Made by a program: the position numbers and the translations under genes. The notes beneath the pieces were generated by a model. The model saw nothing but the letters and a program-made list of their open reading frames with translations, did not search any database and was not told the DNA's origin. From Anaerolineales bacterium (GTDB lineage: Bacteria > Chloroflexota > Anaerolineae > Anaerolineales > UBA4823), in the NCBI GenBank assembly GCA_020061105.1, contig JAGUYW010000031.1:931-64930 (forward strand): a stretch of 64,000 nt of DNA, read 5' to 3'. Positions 26,519 to 34,247 of this stretch are shown in pieces; position 1 is the stretch's first letter, and each line of letters begins with the position of its first letter.

Positions 26519-27220
26519 ATGACGTCCGATTCGGAATGGGGTACGGAAGAAAAAGGGCAGAGGGAACGGCGGCGGATGCGGGCTACTTCCGCTGCCAGGT
26601 TGCCCGTTGCGAGTTTGCAGCCGGTCGTCCAGGAAATTGATGTTGGCCAGCAGTTGAGAAATTTGCGCATGGCGCGTGGATTTTCCATGCGGGCTTTGGC
26701 CGAGATGAGCGGGTTGAATTTAAATACACTGAGCCTGATCGAGAATGGTAAATCGTCTCCGGGAGTGAGCACGTTGCAACAACTTGCGGTTGCCCTACAA
26801 GTGCCGATCACAGCTTTTTTCGAAGTGGATACGCCACAGGAAGTGGTGGTCTTTCAGAAAGCGGGTCAGCGTGCTCGGGTGCATTTTTCCCATGGAGTCT
26901 TAGAAGATTTAGGAGCCGGATTGACTTTGCACGGTGGACAACCGTTAAAGGTGGTTTTGCAGCCGGATGCTGACAGTGGAGCAGATGCGATTGTACACAC
27001 TGGGATCGAATTTGTTTATTGTTTGAAGGGACACCTGTGCTACAGCGTGGAAGATCGACAATATTGCCTGGAACCGGGAGATAGCTTAATGTTTGAAGCG
27101 CATTTACCGCACCGTTGGCGGAATATCGCCAATGCATCAACGGAGTGGTTGTTGATCATTTGCCCGGCAGATGAACGGGATCGCCCAACCGAACGGCATT
27201 TTACAAAGGATTCGGGATAG
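26519..27220 (+). CDS. XRE-family HTH regulator with cupin domain (paralog R3)
   Basis: The HTH is LRNLRMARGFSMRALAEMSGLNLNTLSLIENGKSSPGVSTLQQLAVAL. The cupin is HTGIEFVYCLKGHLCY...GDSLMFEAHLPHRWRN...ERHF, very similar to R1. AGGAG lies upstream of the ATG. Confidence 0.85.
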   Translation: MTSDSEWGTEEKGQRERRRMRATSAARLPVASLQPVVQEIDVGQQLRNLRMARGFSMRALAEMSGLNLNTLSLIENGKSSPGVSTLQQLAVALQVPITAFFEVDTPQEVVVFQKAGQRARVHFSHGVLEDLGAGLTLHGGQPLKVVLQPDADSGADAIVHTGIEFVYCLKGHLCYSVEDRQYCLEPGDSLMFEAHLPHRWRNIANASTEWLLIICPADERDRPTERHFTKDSG

Positions 27221-27242
27221 GTTTTTTTTGAGGAGGTATTCG

Positions 27243-27812
27243 ATGTATGCTAGAATTGGGTACTTGAAAGTTGTTCTGTGCGCTTTGGCGGTAATGATCC
27301 TGGCCCTAGCAACACCGTTTTCTGTTTTTGCCCAGGACCAGCAACCCGGTGAAGAGACATCCTGTATCACTTGCCATGAAAATCTGTACTATTTGCATGA
27401 TGCCGGGAAGTGGTACTGCACCTGTGAACGTCGTTCGGATTGCGTGGTTTGTCATGGCGGGCAACCCGATGCTCTGGATGCGGAAACCGCCCATGCTGGG
27501 ATGTTTGCACGTCCAATCCAGGATAACATCACGGCTTGCCAGGGCTGCCATCCCGAGAACTACCAAACTTTTGTCGATCGTTTTACCGCCAACGTCGGCG
27601 TGAGTGGGACGCCGATGCCAACTTGTGCAGCGCACGTGGCTTTTGTAGAAGAGCCAGAGTTGTTAGCGCCTGTGGGTGGGCAGGTATCACGTTGGGATAA
27701 CCCGTGGCGTTGGGCTGGTTTGGGCGCGCTGACTGTGGCGTTCTTTGGATTGGTTGTCTTTGCTTATTTTTGCTGGAAGAAAGATTGCGCCAGTAAATTA
27801 AGAAGTTTATAG
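27243..27812 (+). CDS. Secreted, C-terminally membrane-anchored triheme cytochrome c
   Basis: A signal peptide is present (LCALAVMILALATPFSVFA-QD). There are three CxxCH motifs (CITCH, CVVCH, CQGCH) and a C-terminal TM helix (LGALTVAFFGLVVFAYFCW). GAGGAGG lies upstream of ATG 27243. Confidence 0.75.
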   Translation: MYARIGYLKVVLCALAVMILALATPFSVFAQDQQPGEETSCITCHENLYYLHDAGKWYCTCERRSDCVVCHGGQPDALDAETAHAGMFARPIQDNITACQGCHPENYQTFVDRFTANVGVSGTPMPTCAAHVAFVEEPELLAPVGGQVSRWDNPWRWAGLGALTVAFFGLVVFAYFCWKKDCASKLRSL

Positions 27813-27857
27813 TCGTTCACCAAAATCATCTTATACCTGTCAGGAGAGATTAGACTC

Positions 27858-28265
27858 ATGAAAATTGCTGCCATTACTGAAGATGGAAAAACCATCAGCC
27901 AACATTTTGGTCGGGCGCCGTATTACCTGGTGCTGACAATCGAAGATGGGCAGATCACCCAGACTGAAATGCGCGACAAACTGGGGCATGCCCATTTTTC
28001 AACCGAACCGCATGACGATCACAGCCACGAACACCGTGACCAGGGGCATGGTTTTGGTCCGGAGGCGCATGATCGTCACCTGCGAATGTCGCAATCGATC
28101 GCAGATTGCGAGGTGCTGCTGTGCCGCGGCATGGGGCGCGGCGCTTATATAAGCGTCGAACAACGCGGCATTCGCCCGATCTTGACCGATATCGCGGATA
28201 TCCAAGCTGCGGTGCAGGCTTACCTGGATGGAAAAATTGTGGACCATGTAGAAAAATTACATTAG
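27858..28265 (+). CDS. NifB/NifX-family (dinitrogenase FeMo-cofactor-binding domain) protein with His-rich insert
   Basis: MKIAAITEDGKTISQHFGRAPYYLV... and CEVLLCRGMGRGAY...GIRP match the NifX/NifB-C family. The insert is HAHFSTEPHDDHSHEHRDQGHGFGPEAHDRH. Confidence 0.7.
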   Translation: MKIAAITEDGKTISQHFGRAPYYLVLTIEDGQITQTEMRDKLGHAHFSTEPHDDHSHEHRDQGHGFGPEAHDRHLRMSQSIADCEVLLCRGMGRGAYISVEQRGIRPILTDIADIQAAVQAYLDGKIVDHVEKLH

Positions 28266-28287
28266 TTCACTGCATTTTCTCCTCTCC

Positions 28288-28325
28288 GATGCGCTGGTTG
28301 GCTTGTTTCGTTCAACCAGCGCATC
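28288..28325 (+). terminator. 13-bp perfect hairpin after the NifX-like gene (probable terminator)
   Basis: GATGCGCTGGTTG (28288-28300) pairs with CAACCAGCGCATC (28313-28325) across a 12-nt loop. The trailing sequence CCTTTAAAC is only weakly U-rich. Confidence 0.45.
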
Positions 28326-28429
28326 CCTTTAAACCAACAGGTGAGAAAAAACGTGGTTTCGTAGCAAGTGCAGTAGTTTCATTCCGTTTTTGAGGCACAA
28401 AATGGGTATAATGCTAACGGAGGAAAAAC

Positions 28430-28945
28430 ATGGAACTATTCGATATCTTTGAGAAAAGGCGCTCCATTCGCGCCTTCTTGCCCAAGCCAGTAGAAACCGA
28501 AAAAATCGAAAAAATTTTGCAAGCTATCAACCTGGCGCCATCAGCGGGAAATTTACAGGCGTTTGAAGTCTTTTTAATCACACGCAACAGCAAGCGAGAA
28601 GCGCTAGCCCAGTCTGCCCTGGGTCAAGATTTTATTGCCAGCGCGCCTGTAATCCTGGTATTTTGCGCCCACGCGGAACGCTCTGCCACCAAATATGGCG
28701 AGCGTGGGCAACAGCTTTACACGATCCAGGACGCGACGATTGCCTGTACCTTTGCCATGCTGGCGGCAGTTGATTTGGGCTTGGGGAGTGTATGGGTGGG
28801 GGCTTTTCATGAAGAGGCGGCGCGCCAGGCGCTGAACCTGCAGACTGATTTGAGGCCGGTGGCGATGCTGCCGGTTGGTTACCCAGCGGAAGAACCAGCG
28901 GCGCGTTCACGCAGACCCTTAGAAGAAATCGTTCATCGCAGTTAA
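28430..28945 (+). CDS. Nitroreductase-family flavoprotein
   Basis: RRSIRAFLPKPV, INLAPSAGNLQAFEV, IQDATIACTFAMLAAVDLGLGSVWVG and the C-terminal RRPLEEIV are present. 171 aa. Confidence 0.8.
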   Translation: MELFDIFEKRRSIRAFLPKPVETEKIEKILQAINLAPSAGNLQAFEVFLITRNSKREALAQSALGQDFIASAPVILVFCAHAERSATKYGERGQQLYTIQDATIACTFAMLAAVDLGLGSVWVGAFHEEAARQALNLQTDLRPVAMLPVGYPAEEPAARSRRPLEEIVHRS

Positions 28946-29018
28946 GTTGCGGTGGATCACACGTAAGAAAAAAGCCAGACCAGCGATGAGTTGGGTGGAA
29001 ATTTTCTTGTTAATCGAT

Positions 29019-30173
29019 TTAACGATGAGGGGTGTCCTGAAAGACCTGACCAGGTTGGGTTAGCTCTCCGGTCTGCATGGCCGCAAGCGCGGCTTGCTGG
29101 ATAAGTTGTTCGATTTCACTAGCCGGCAAGCTGGAGAGTGTGGTTTCATATTCCAGGTAAGAAAAAAAATATGGCGTCCCCGAGATCATGAGCAAGTCGA
29201 CGCGGTTTTGCTGGGCGTAGCGGTCAAGCAAGGTCAGGAAGCGGGCATCCAACGCTTCCCAGAAGCTGTAGGCGTTCCGTATGGCGGCGTCGCTGGCGGG
29301 CAGGGTAGCTGCTTCGACCTGGGCGGATTTTTGCAGCCAGGCCTGGCCTATGAACAAGCGGCGTTGATTTTGACGGGCGATTTCTGAAACTTCAAACAGA
29401 CGCACCAGGCTACTGCGCCCGGTCAAGGTTATATGCATATCGAGGTAATGTAAGCGCTCTTCCTGGGCGGCAATTTCGAAATATTCCAGGTCATTCCAAT
29501 TGCCTGCGCCCGCGCCAAGCAGCACACTGCCTGGGTCAAGTCCGGTCAGGATCGTATTCAATAGCAGGCTGTACGCATCAGGGTTTACCTCACCATCTGC
29601 AATGAGCGCCAGGCGATCTGGTTCATTCAAGATGGTCAGGTAATCTGGGGCGATCTCAGCGATGATGGTTTGGTTATGAAGGCGTAGCTCACCAGCCAGG
29701 GTAGCGATGGGTATTTTGGCTTGCGATCCAATGGCAAAGGCGTCTGGATCGACTCCAGTATTAATGAGCAACAACAAACCAGATTGGCGAGCGCTTTCAG
29801 CGACCCGTTGGTAGTACTGCAAATTCTGGGCGGCAGCGGGATGTTCGGGAGCAAGCAATGGGTAGGGAATTTGAAGGGCGATAGCGCCAGCGCCCAAGTC
29901 TGCCAGGCGCTGCAGGTAAGCGGAAAGTTCTTCGGTAGGAATAGGCAGAGGGGGAAGCTGCGCTCCCAGCACTAAGGGTTTAAAGCCCACGCCTTGTTGG
30001 ACGGTTAGCAACTGGGTAAATTCATCCAGATTGGCTTTTAACTCATTATAGAGCGGTTGGAATTCAAGCGGGATGGATTGGAGCTGAGAGGACGGGTTGG
30101 TTGTGCATGCGACGGGAAAGATGGTCAGGAATAAGATGGTTACTACATGAAGCAGGGGATAAGTTTTTTTCAT
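29019..30173 (-). CDS. Hypothetical lipoprotein, possibly a clan GH-A-like TIM-barrel
   Basis: MKKTYPLLHVVTILFLTIFPVAC carries a lipobox. An internal ILNEPD motif resembles the acid/base NEP motif of clan GH-A hydrolases. Otherwise unrecognised. Confidence 0.35.
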   Translation of the reverse strand: MKKTYPLLHVVTILFLTIFPVACTTNPSSQLQSIPLEFQPLYNELKANLDEFTQLLTVQQGVGFKPLVLGAQLPPLPIPTEELSAYLQRLADLGAGAIALQIPYPLLAPEHPAAAQNLQYYQRVAESARQSGLLLLINTGVDPDAFAIGSQAKIPIATLAGELRLHNQTIIAEIAPDYLTILNEPDRLALIADGEVNPDAYSLLLNTILTGLDPGSVLLGAGAGNWNDLEYFEIAAQEERLHYLDMHITLTGRSSLVRLFEVSEIARQNQRRLFIGQAWLQKSAQVEAATLPASDAAIRNAYSFWEALDARFLTLLDRYAQQNRVDLLMISGTPYFFSYLEYETTLSSLPASEIEQLIQQAALAAMQTGELTQPGQVFQDTPHR

Positions 30174-30286
30174 CAATACCTCTAGCATGGAATACTTCAA
30201 GCTTAATCGATAATCGAAAATTAAGCCAGAATTCTGAGTAAGTTGTTGGAACTACAGGCCTGATGAAATGGTAGGGAAAAACATCG

Positions 30287-30314
30287 TTGCAATAATACCT
30301 AATTAGAGTATAAT
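30287..30314 (+). promoter_or_regulatory. Sigma70-like promoter TTGCAA-16-TATAAT
   Basis: TTGCAA at 30287-30292, a 16-nt spacer and TATAAT at 30309-30314, upstream of the 30393 lipoprotein gene. Confidence 0.5.
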
Positions 30315-30392
30315 TGTCACGTTAAATATGCGTCCAGGCGCCAGTATGGCATCGCCTGGGGCAATTTTTTTGTAAATGGAGGAGAGAAAACC

Positions 30393-31691
30393 ATGCGTTC
30401 TTATCCTATGCGATGGATTGCGATTGTATTGACGCTCATGCTAGCTTCACTGGCCTGCCAGGTGGTGGGTTCGGGAGGCGGGGCTGAAACAGTCGTAGAG
30501 ACCCTGCAACCAAAAGTTCCAACCGTTGAGGAGATCACGGTTGTTTCGACGATTCCAGTCATCGAGCCGACAGCTACGCCGCCGGCGACCGAAACCCCAG
30601 ATAGCGAAACCAGCACTGGCACGCTGCCAGCTTTGCCCCCGGCTCAACCTGGACCGGAAACGTTGGATTTAGGGAGTTTACCTAAAGAGCCGCTTCTTTA
30701 TGACTATAAAGAATCCTACCAGGTCTCCATCCAGTTTACCGATAACGATGATCTGGAGCAGAATTTCACTACTGTCTATGAATATCGCCTGCAAACTGTG
30801 CCCGTATCTGGCTGGCGTTTGTTTTATGACGACCAGAACCCATTCTTTGCTTCCCAAGTCGAAGCGGTGGTGATGGGCGAGCAGGCCTATTCTGCCGCCA
30901 CAGATGTAGGTTGTGAAAGAGTGCAGAGCGATCAAATCACGCAAGAAGATCAACGCCTGGCCTTCCGCAGCCTGTTAGAAGCGCTCTCCGGGCAGGTTAC
31001 CCGCACCCAGAGCGATGTACCGATGGGTGATTTGACGGTTGATGTGTACCCTCTGACAGTAGATAACCTGGATGCCGAGACCGAGATCGTTATGAAAGCG
31101 GTGTACGCCAGCGCCGATGGCGATTCAAAATCGACAGTATCGACCACGATTGACCTGGTGGAGGAGGATAGCCAGTTAGTGAGCGCGACTCTTTACCTGG
31201 CGCAGCAGGGTGGGTTTGTGGCGCGCATTGAACTGGTGTATGGCAAAGTGGTAGATGAAGAAGATGCCATGTTAGCTAAGCTCGGCACCGAAATGACGCG
31301 CACGGTGGTGTACAATATGCAACCGGTAACCAGTGCTGATGGCGCGCTGGTACCGCCGGCAGACTGCGGCGCAGCCAGCGATGACGGCGGCGGGATGGGC
31401 GGTGGGACGGGTGGATCAAGCGGGGCGCAAACCATTGCAGATATTCCACGCCTGGAAGACGCCTCCAATTCATTCTCGACCAGCGACACGCTTTTTTACC
31501 AGAGCAGCGCCAGCGTGTCTGATGTGGTTGCTTTCTACAAGGAGCAATTGTCAGCCCTGGGATGGGTGCTGGATGATGAATTCTCGATGGATGCAATGGC
31601 AACCCTGGAATTTACCCACGGCGGCCAAACCCTAACGATCAGCATTTTGTCCAGCGGCGGCGTAACAACGGTATCGATCGACCTGTCATAA
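30393..31691 (+). CDS. Hypothetical secreted lipoprotein
   Basis: MRSYPMRWIAIVLTLMLASLAC carries a lipobox, followed by a Thr/Pro/Glu-rich linker. No recognised catalytic motif. GGAGGAG lies upstream of the ATG. Confidence 0.5.
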   Translation: MRSYPMRWIAIVLTLMLASLACQVVGSGGGAETVVETLQPKVPTVEEITVVSTIPVIEPTATPPATETPDSETSTGTLPALPPAQPGPETLDLGSLPKEPLLYDYKESYQVSIQFTDNDDLEQNFTTVYEYRLQTVPVSGWRLFYDDQNPFFASQVEAVVMGEQAYSAATDVGCERVQSDQITQEDQRLAFRSLLEALSGQVTRTQSDVPMGDLTVDVYPLTVDNLDAETEIVMKAVYASADGDSKSTVSTTIDLVEEDSQLVSATLYLAQQGGFVARIELVYGKVVDEEDAMLAKLGTEMTRTVVYNMQPVTSADGALVPPADCGAASDDGGGMGGGTGGSSGAQTIADIPRLEDASNSFSTSDTLFYQSSASVSDVVAFYKEQLSALGWVLDDEFSMDAMATLEFTHGGQTLTISILSSGGVTTVSIDLS

Positions 31692-31718
31692 CGGGAAATA
31701 CCACAGAAAAACTTCCTC

Positions 31719-31747
31719 TTGACTCAAGGATGGGCCTCGGTTAAACT
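31719..31747 (+). promoter_or_regulatory. Sigma70-like promoter TTGACT-17-TAAACT of the aromatic amino acid operon
   Basis: TTGACT at 31719-31724, a 17-nt spacer and TAAACT at 31742-31747. The leader ATG lies 9 nt downstream. Confidence 0.5.
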
Positions 31748-31756
31748 ACGTCCTAT

Positions 31757-31843
31757 ATGAAAGATCGCTGCTTCGCTGTGGAACCATACGCTGGCGCGTA
31801 TTATTACGGCTACCGCATTCCGGTTGCCGTTGGCAGCGATTAA
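31757..31843 (+). CDS. Candidate 28-aa Tyr-rich leader peptide (MKDRCFAVEPYAGAYYYGYRIPVAVGSD)
   Basis: ATG 31757 to TAA 31841-31843. Five Tyr codons include the run TAT TAT TAC GGC TAC (31799-31813), plus one Phe codon. It sits between the promoter and a terminator hairpin upstream of aroH-tyrA. Confidence 0.5.
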   Translation: MKDRCFAVEPYAGAYYYGYRIPVAVGSD

Positions 31844-31870
31844 GCGGGCAGCAAGCGAAACTTGTACCCA

Positions 31871-31920
31871 AACGCGAGACCAACGGTCTGAGACCGGATG
31901 GCTCGCGTTTTTATTTGTTT
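31871..31920 (+). terminator. Intrinsic terminator / attenuator hairpin in the aro operon leader
   Basis: AACGCGAG (31871-31878) pairs with CTCGCGTT (31902-31909), followed by TTTTATTTGTTTTTT. The loop contains mutually exclusive small hairpins: GACC-aac-GGTC or GGTC-tga-GACC. Confidence 0.6.
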
Positions 31921-31933
31921 TTTGGAGGTGAAG

Positions 31934-32305
31934 ATGAGCGTGCGAGGTGTGCGTGGGGCTACAACGGTGGCAGCAGATCAGCCAGATTTGATCTTGAAAG
32001 CTACCCGCCAACTGTTGTTCGAAATTTTGCAAGCCAATCCCAGCATGGAAAAAGAAGAAATCGTAAGCGCTTTCTTTACCGTAACGGCCGATTTGTGCTC
32101 GACCTTCCCCGCCCAGGCAGCGCGCCAGATGGGGTGGAGCCAGGTACCGATGTTATGCGCCCGGGAGATTCCTGTGCCCGGGAGCCTTGAGCGGGTTGTG
32201 CGGGTGATGGTGCATTGGAATACAGATTTGAGCCAGGACCAGGTGCAGCATGTCTACCTGGGCGCGGCCGCAGGTTTGCGCCCAGATTTATCCAGCGCCC
32301 AGTAA
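31934..32305 (+). CDS. aroH: Chorismate mutase, AroH class
   Basis: MSVRGVRGATTV...FFTVTADL..FPAQAAR...VRVMVHWNTD...VQHVYLGAAAGLRPDL aligns by eye along its full length with Bacillus subtilis AroH. GGAGGTG lies upstream of ATG 31934. Confidence 0.9.
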   Translation: MSVRGVRGATTVAADQPDLILKATRQLLFEILQANPSMEKEEIVSAFFTVTADLCSTFPAQAARQMGWSQVPMLCAREIPVPGSLERVVRVMVHWNTDLSQDQVQHVYLGAAAGLRPDLSSAQ

Positions 32306-32329
32306 GCGCGTTTCAGGAGAGTTGCAATT

Positions 32330-33370
32330 ATGATGATCATTATGCGTTCCGACGCCAGCCAACAAGAAATTTCACAGGTGGTCGAGCGGGTGGAGGCCAA
32401 TGGATTGCAGGCGCATGTTTCGACCGGCGCCGAGCGCACCGTGATTGGCGCGATTGGCGATGGCAGACCGGTGCAGCGCGATTTGTTCACCTTGCTGCCG
32501 GGGGTGGACCGGGTGGTGCCGATTTCCAGGCCGTATAAATTGACCTCGCGGGAGTTCAAGGCAGAAGATTCAATTTTTCCTTTAAATGGGGTGCAAGTTG
32601 GCGGGCAAGGAATTGTGATTATCGCCGGCCCGTGTTCGGTGGAAAGCCGCAGCCAGGTTTTAGAAGTGGCTCATGCGGTGCGAGAAGCTGGGGCGCATGC
32701 TTTGCGAGGCGGGGTCTTCAAACCGCGTACTTCGCCGTATTCTTTCCAGGGCCTGGGGCAAGAAGGACTGGAATACCTGGCTGAAGCGCGCCAACAAACC
32801 GGCCTGCCGATAGTGACCGAGGTGATGCGTGAGGAACAGATCCCGCTCTTAACCCATTATGTCGATGTGCTGCAGGTTGGGGCGCGCAACATGCAGAACT
32901 TTGCTTTGCTGCATGCAGTCGGCGAGAGCAAACACCCAACCTTGTTGAAACGCGGCTTGAGCGCTACGGTGGAAGAACTGCTGATGGCGGCTGAATATAT
33001 CCTTTCGCATGGCAACCGGCGGGTGATGCTGTGTGAACGCGGTATTCGCACCTTCGAGACCTCGACCCGCAATACTACCGATATCAACGCTATTCCGGTG
33101 CTGAAGAGCCTGACGCACCTGCCGGTACTGCTCGACCCCAGTCACAGCACAGGCAACTGGAATTATGTCTCGGCGATTGGGCGGGCGGGGATTGCAGCCG
33201 GGGCGGATGGTTTGATCGTTGAAGTGCACCCGCACCCCGAGCAGGCGCTTTCAGATGGCGGGCAATCGTTAAAACCGGAGCGTTTCGCCGAATTGGTGCG
33301 CCAGACGCAGGCGATTGCCGAAGCGGTGGGGCGCTTTGTGTACCCGGCGGCGAACCATGTCAAACCTTGA
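32330..33370 (+). CDS. 3-deoxy-7-phosphoheptulonate (DAHP) synthase, class I-beta with N-terminal ferredoxin-like regulatory domain
   Basis: The core motifs are [50 protein letters not shown] and DPSH. A ~70-aa N-terminal extension ([17 protein letters not shown]...) matches Thermotoga-type enzymes. Confidence 0.9.
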   Translation: MMIIMRSDASQQEISQVVERVEANGLQAHVSTGAERTVIGAIGDGRPVQRDLFTLLPGVDRVVPISRPYKLTSREFKAEDSIFPLNGVQVGGQGIVIIAGPCSVESRSQVLEVAHAVREAGAHALRGGVFKPRTSPYSFQGLGQEGLEYLAEARQQTGLPIVTEVMREEQIPLLTHYVDVLQVGARNMQNFALLHAVGESKHPTLLKRGLSATVEELLMAAEYILSHGNRRVMLCERGIRTFETSTRNTTDINAIPVLKSLTHLPVLLDPSHSTGNWNYVSAIGRAGIAAGADGLIVEVHPHPEQALSDGGQSLKPERFAELVRQTQAIAEAVGRFVYPAANHVKP

Positions 33371-34241
33371 TAATCTGAGCAACTGCCGGGTTGCCATCGT
33401 TGGCCTGGGCTTGATGGGCGGCTCCCTGGCGCTGGCTTTACGGGGCAAGACGGCCGGTTTGTCCGGCGTCGAGATCGATCCCCAGATTGTGGCGCTGGCT
33501 GAAGAATGGGGGGTGGTAGACCGGGCCTCGACGCAAGCGACGGAGCTATTGCCCCAGGCGGATGTGATCATTCTGTCTGCGCCTGTGGGCGCGATATTGT
33601 CTATTATTGAACAACTGCCAAATTGGTGTGCACAAGCGGCAGTGGTGATTGACCTGGGTTCGACCAAAGGAAGAATCATTCAGGCTATGCAGACTTTGCC
33701 TGAGCGCTTCGACCCAATCGGTGGGCATCCAATGTGCGGAAAAGAGCGTGGCTCACTTCGTCACGCGGATGCCGGTCTCTACCAGGGGGCAACATTTGCG
33801 CTGGTGGCGCTCGAGCGCAGCAGCGACCGGGCGCGCCGGTTGGCGGAACAGCTGGTAGAAGCGGTGGGGGCGCGAACGCTGTGGATGCAAGCAGCCGATC
33901 ACGACCGCTGGGTGGCGGCTACCAGCCATTTGCCCTATTTGATTGCCAACAGCCTGGCTTATTGCACACCTGCGGAGGCGCAGGCGCTGGTTGGACCAGG
34001 GCTGCGCTCCAGCAGTCGGGTAGCGGCAAGCCCGTTGTCCATCTTTCGAGATATTTTGAAAACCAACCGCGAAAATATTCTCGTCGCTTTGGAAAAATAT
34101 TGCCAACATTTAGATGTTGTGCAAGGGCTGCTGGCTGCGGATGATTGGGAAGCGCTGGAGAGCCTATTACAAACCGGCGCAATGCGATATGATCAGATCA
34201 TTTATGATCGGATCATTGCTGATCGGACAGCTGCTAAGTAA
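33357..34241 (+). CDS. tyrA: Prephenate (or arogenate) dehydrogenase
   Basis: The Rossmann motif is [17 protein letters not shown], followed by [16 protein letters not shown] and [14 protein letters not shown] 33357 overlaps the end of the DAHP synthase gene. Confidence 0.85.
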   Translation: MSNLDNLSNCRVAIVGLGLMGGSLALALRGKTAGLSGVEIDPQIVALAEEWGVVDRASTQATELLPQADVIILSAPVGAILSIIEQLPNWCAQAAVVIDLGSTKGRIIQAMQTLPERFDPIGGHPMCGKERGSLRHADAGLYQGATFALVALERSSDRARRLAEQLVEAVGARTLWMQAADHDRWVAATSHLPYLIANSLAYCTPAEAQALVGPGLRSSSRVAASPLSIFRDILKTNRENILVALEKYCQHLDVVQGLLAADDWEALESLLQTGAMRYDQIIYDRIIADRTAAK

Positions 34242-34247
34242 AGAAAA

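Noticed and set aside
21099-27812. Calling the redox cluster a dissimilatory sulfite reductase (dsr) locus.
   Set aside because: Only the membrane-complex-like subunits are present. No dsrAB, dsrC, aprAB or sat is in the window, and the gene order and fusions differ from canonical dsrMKJOP. Function is therefore left open.
29019-30173. Possible inactive glycoside hydrolase. An NEP acid/base motif is present, but Gln sits in FIGQAW where a nucleophile Glu might be expected.
   Set aside because: Without an alignment I cannot establish that FIGQAW corresponds to the nucleophile strand. The family assignment itself has low confidence.
31692-31933. T-box riboswitch upstream of aroH. The idea was prompted by ...ACGGCTACCGCA..., which is loosely similar to the T-box GGTGGTACCGCG.
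   Set aside because: I could find no convincing 14-nt T-box consensus, and no Stem I with specifier loop or AG-bay/GNUGA elements. The leader is short, and the Tyr-rich ORF plus terminator explains the region better.
31724-32032. 102-aa minus-strand ORF covering the aro leader and the start of aroH.
   Set aside because: It overlaps the promoter, leader and the clearly real aroH gene on the other strand. It has no motifs and no RBS.
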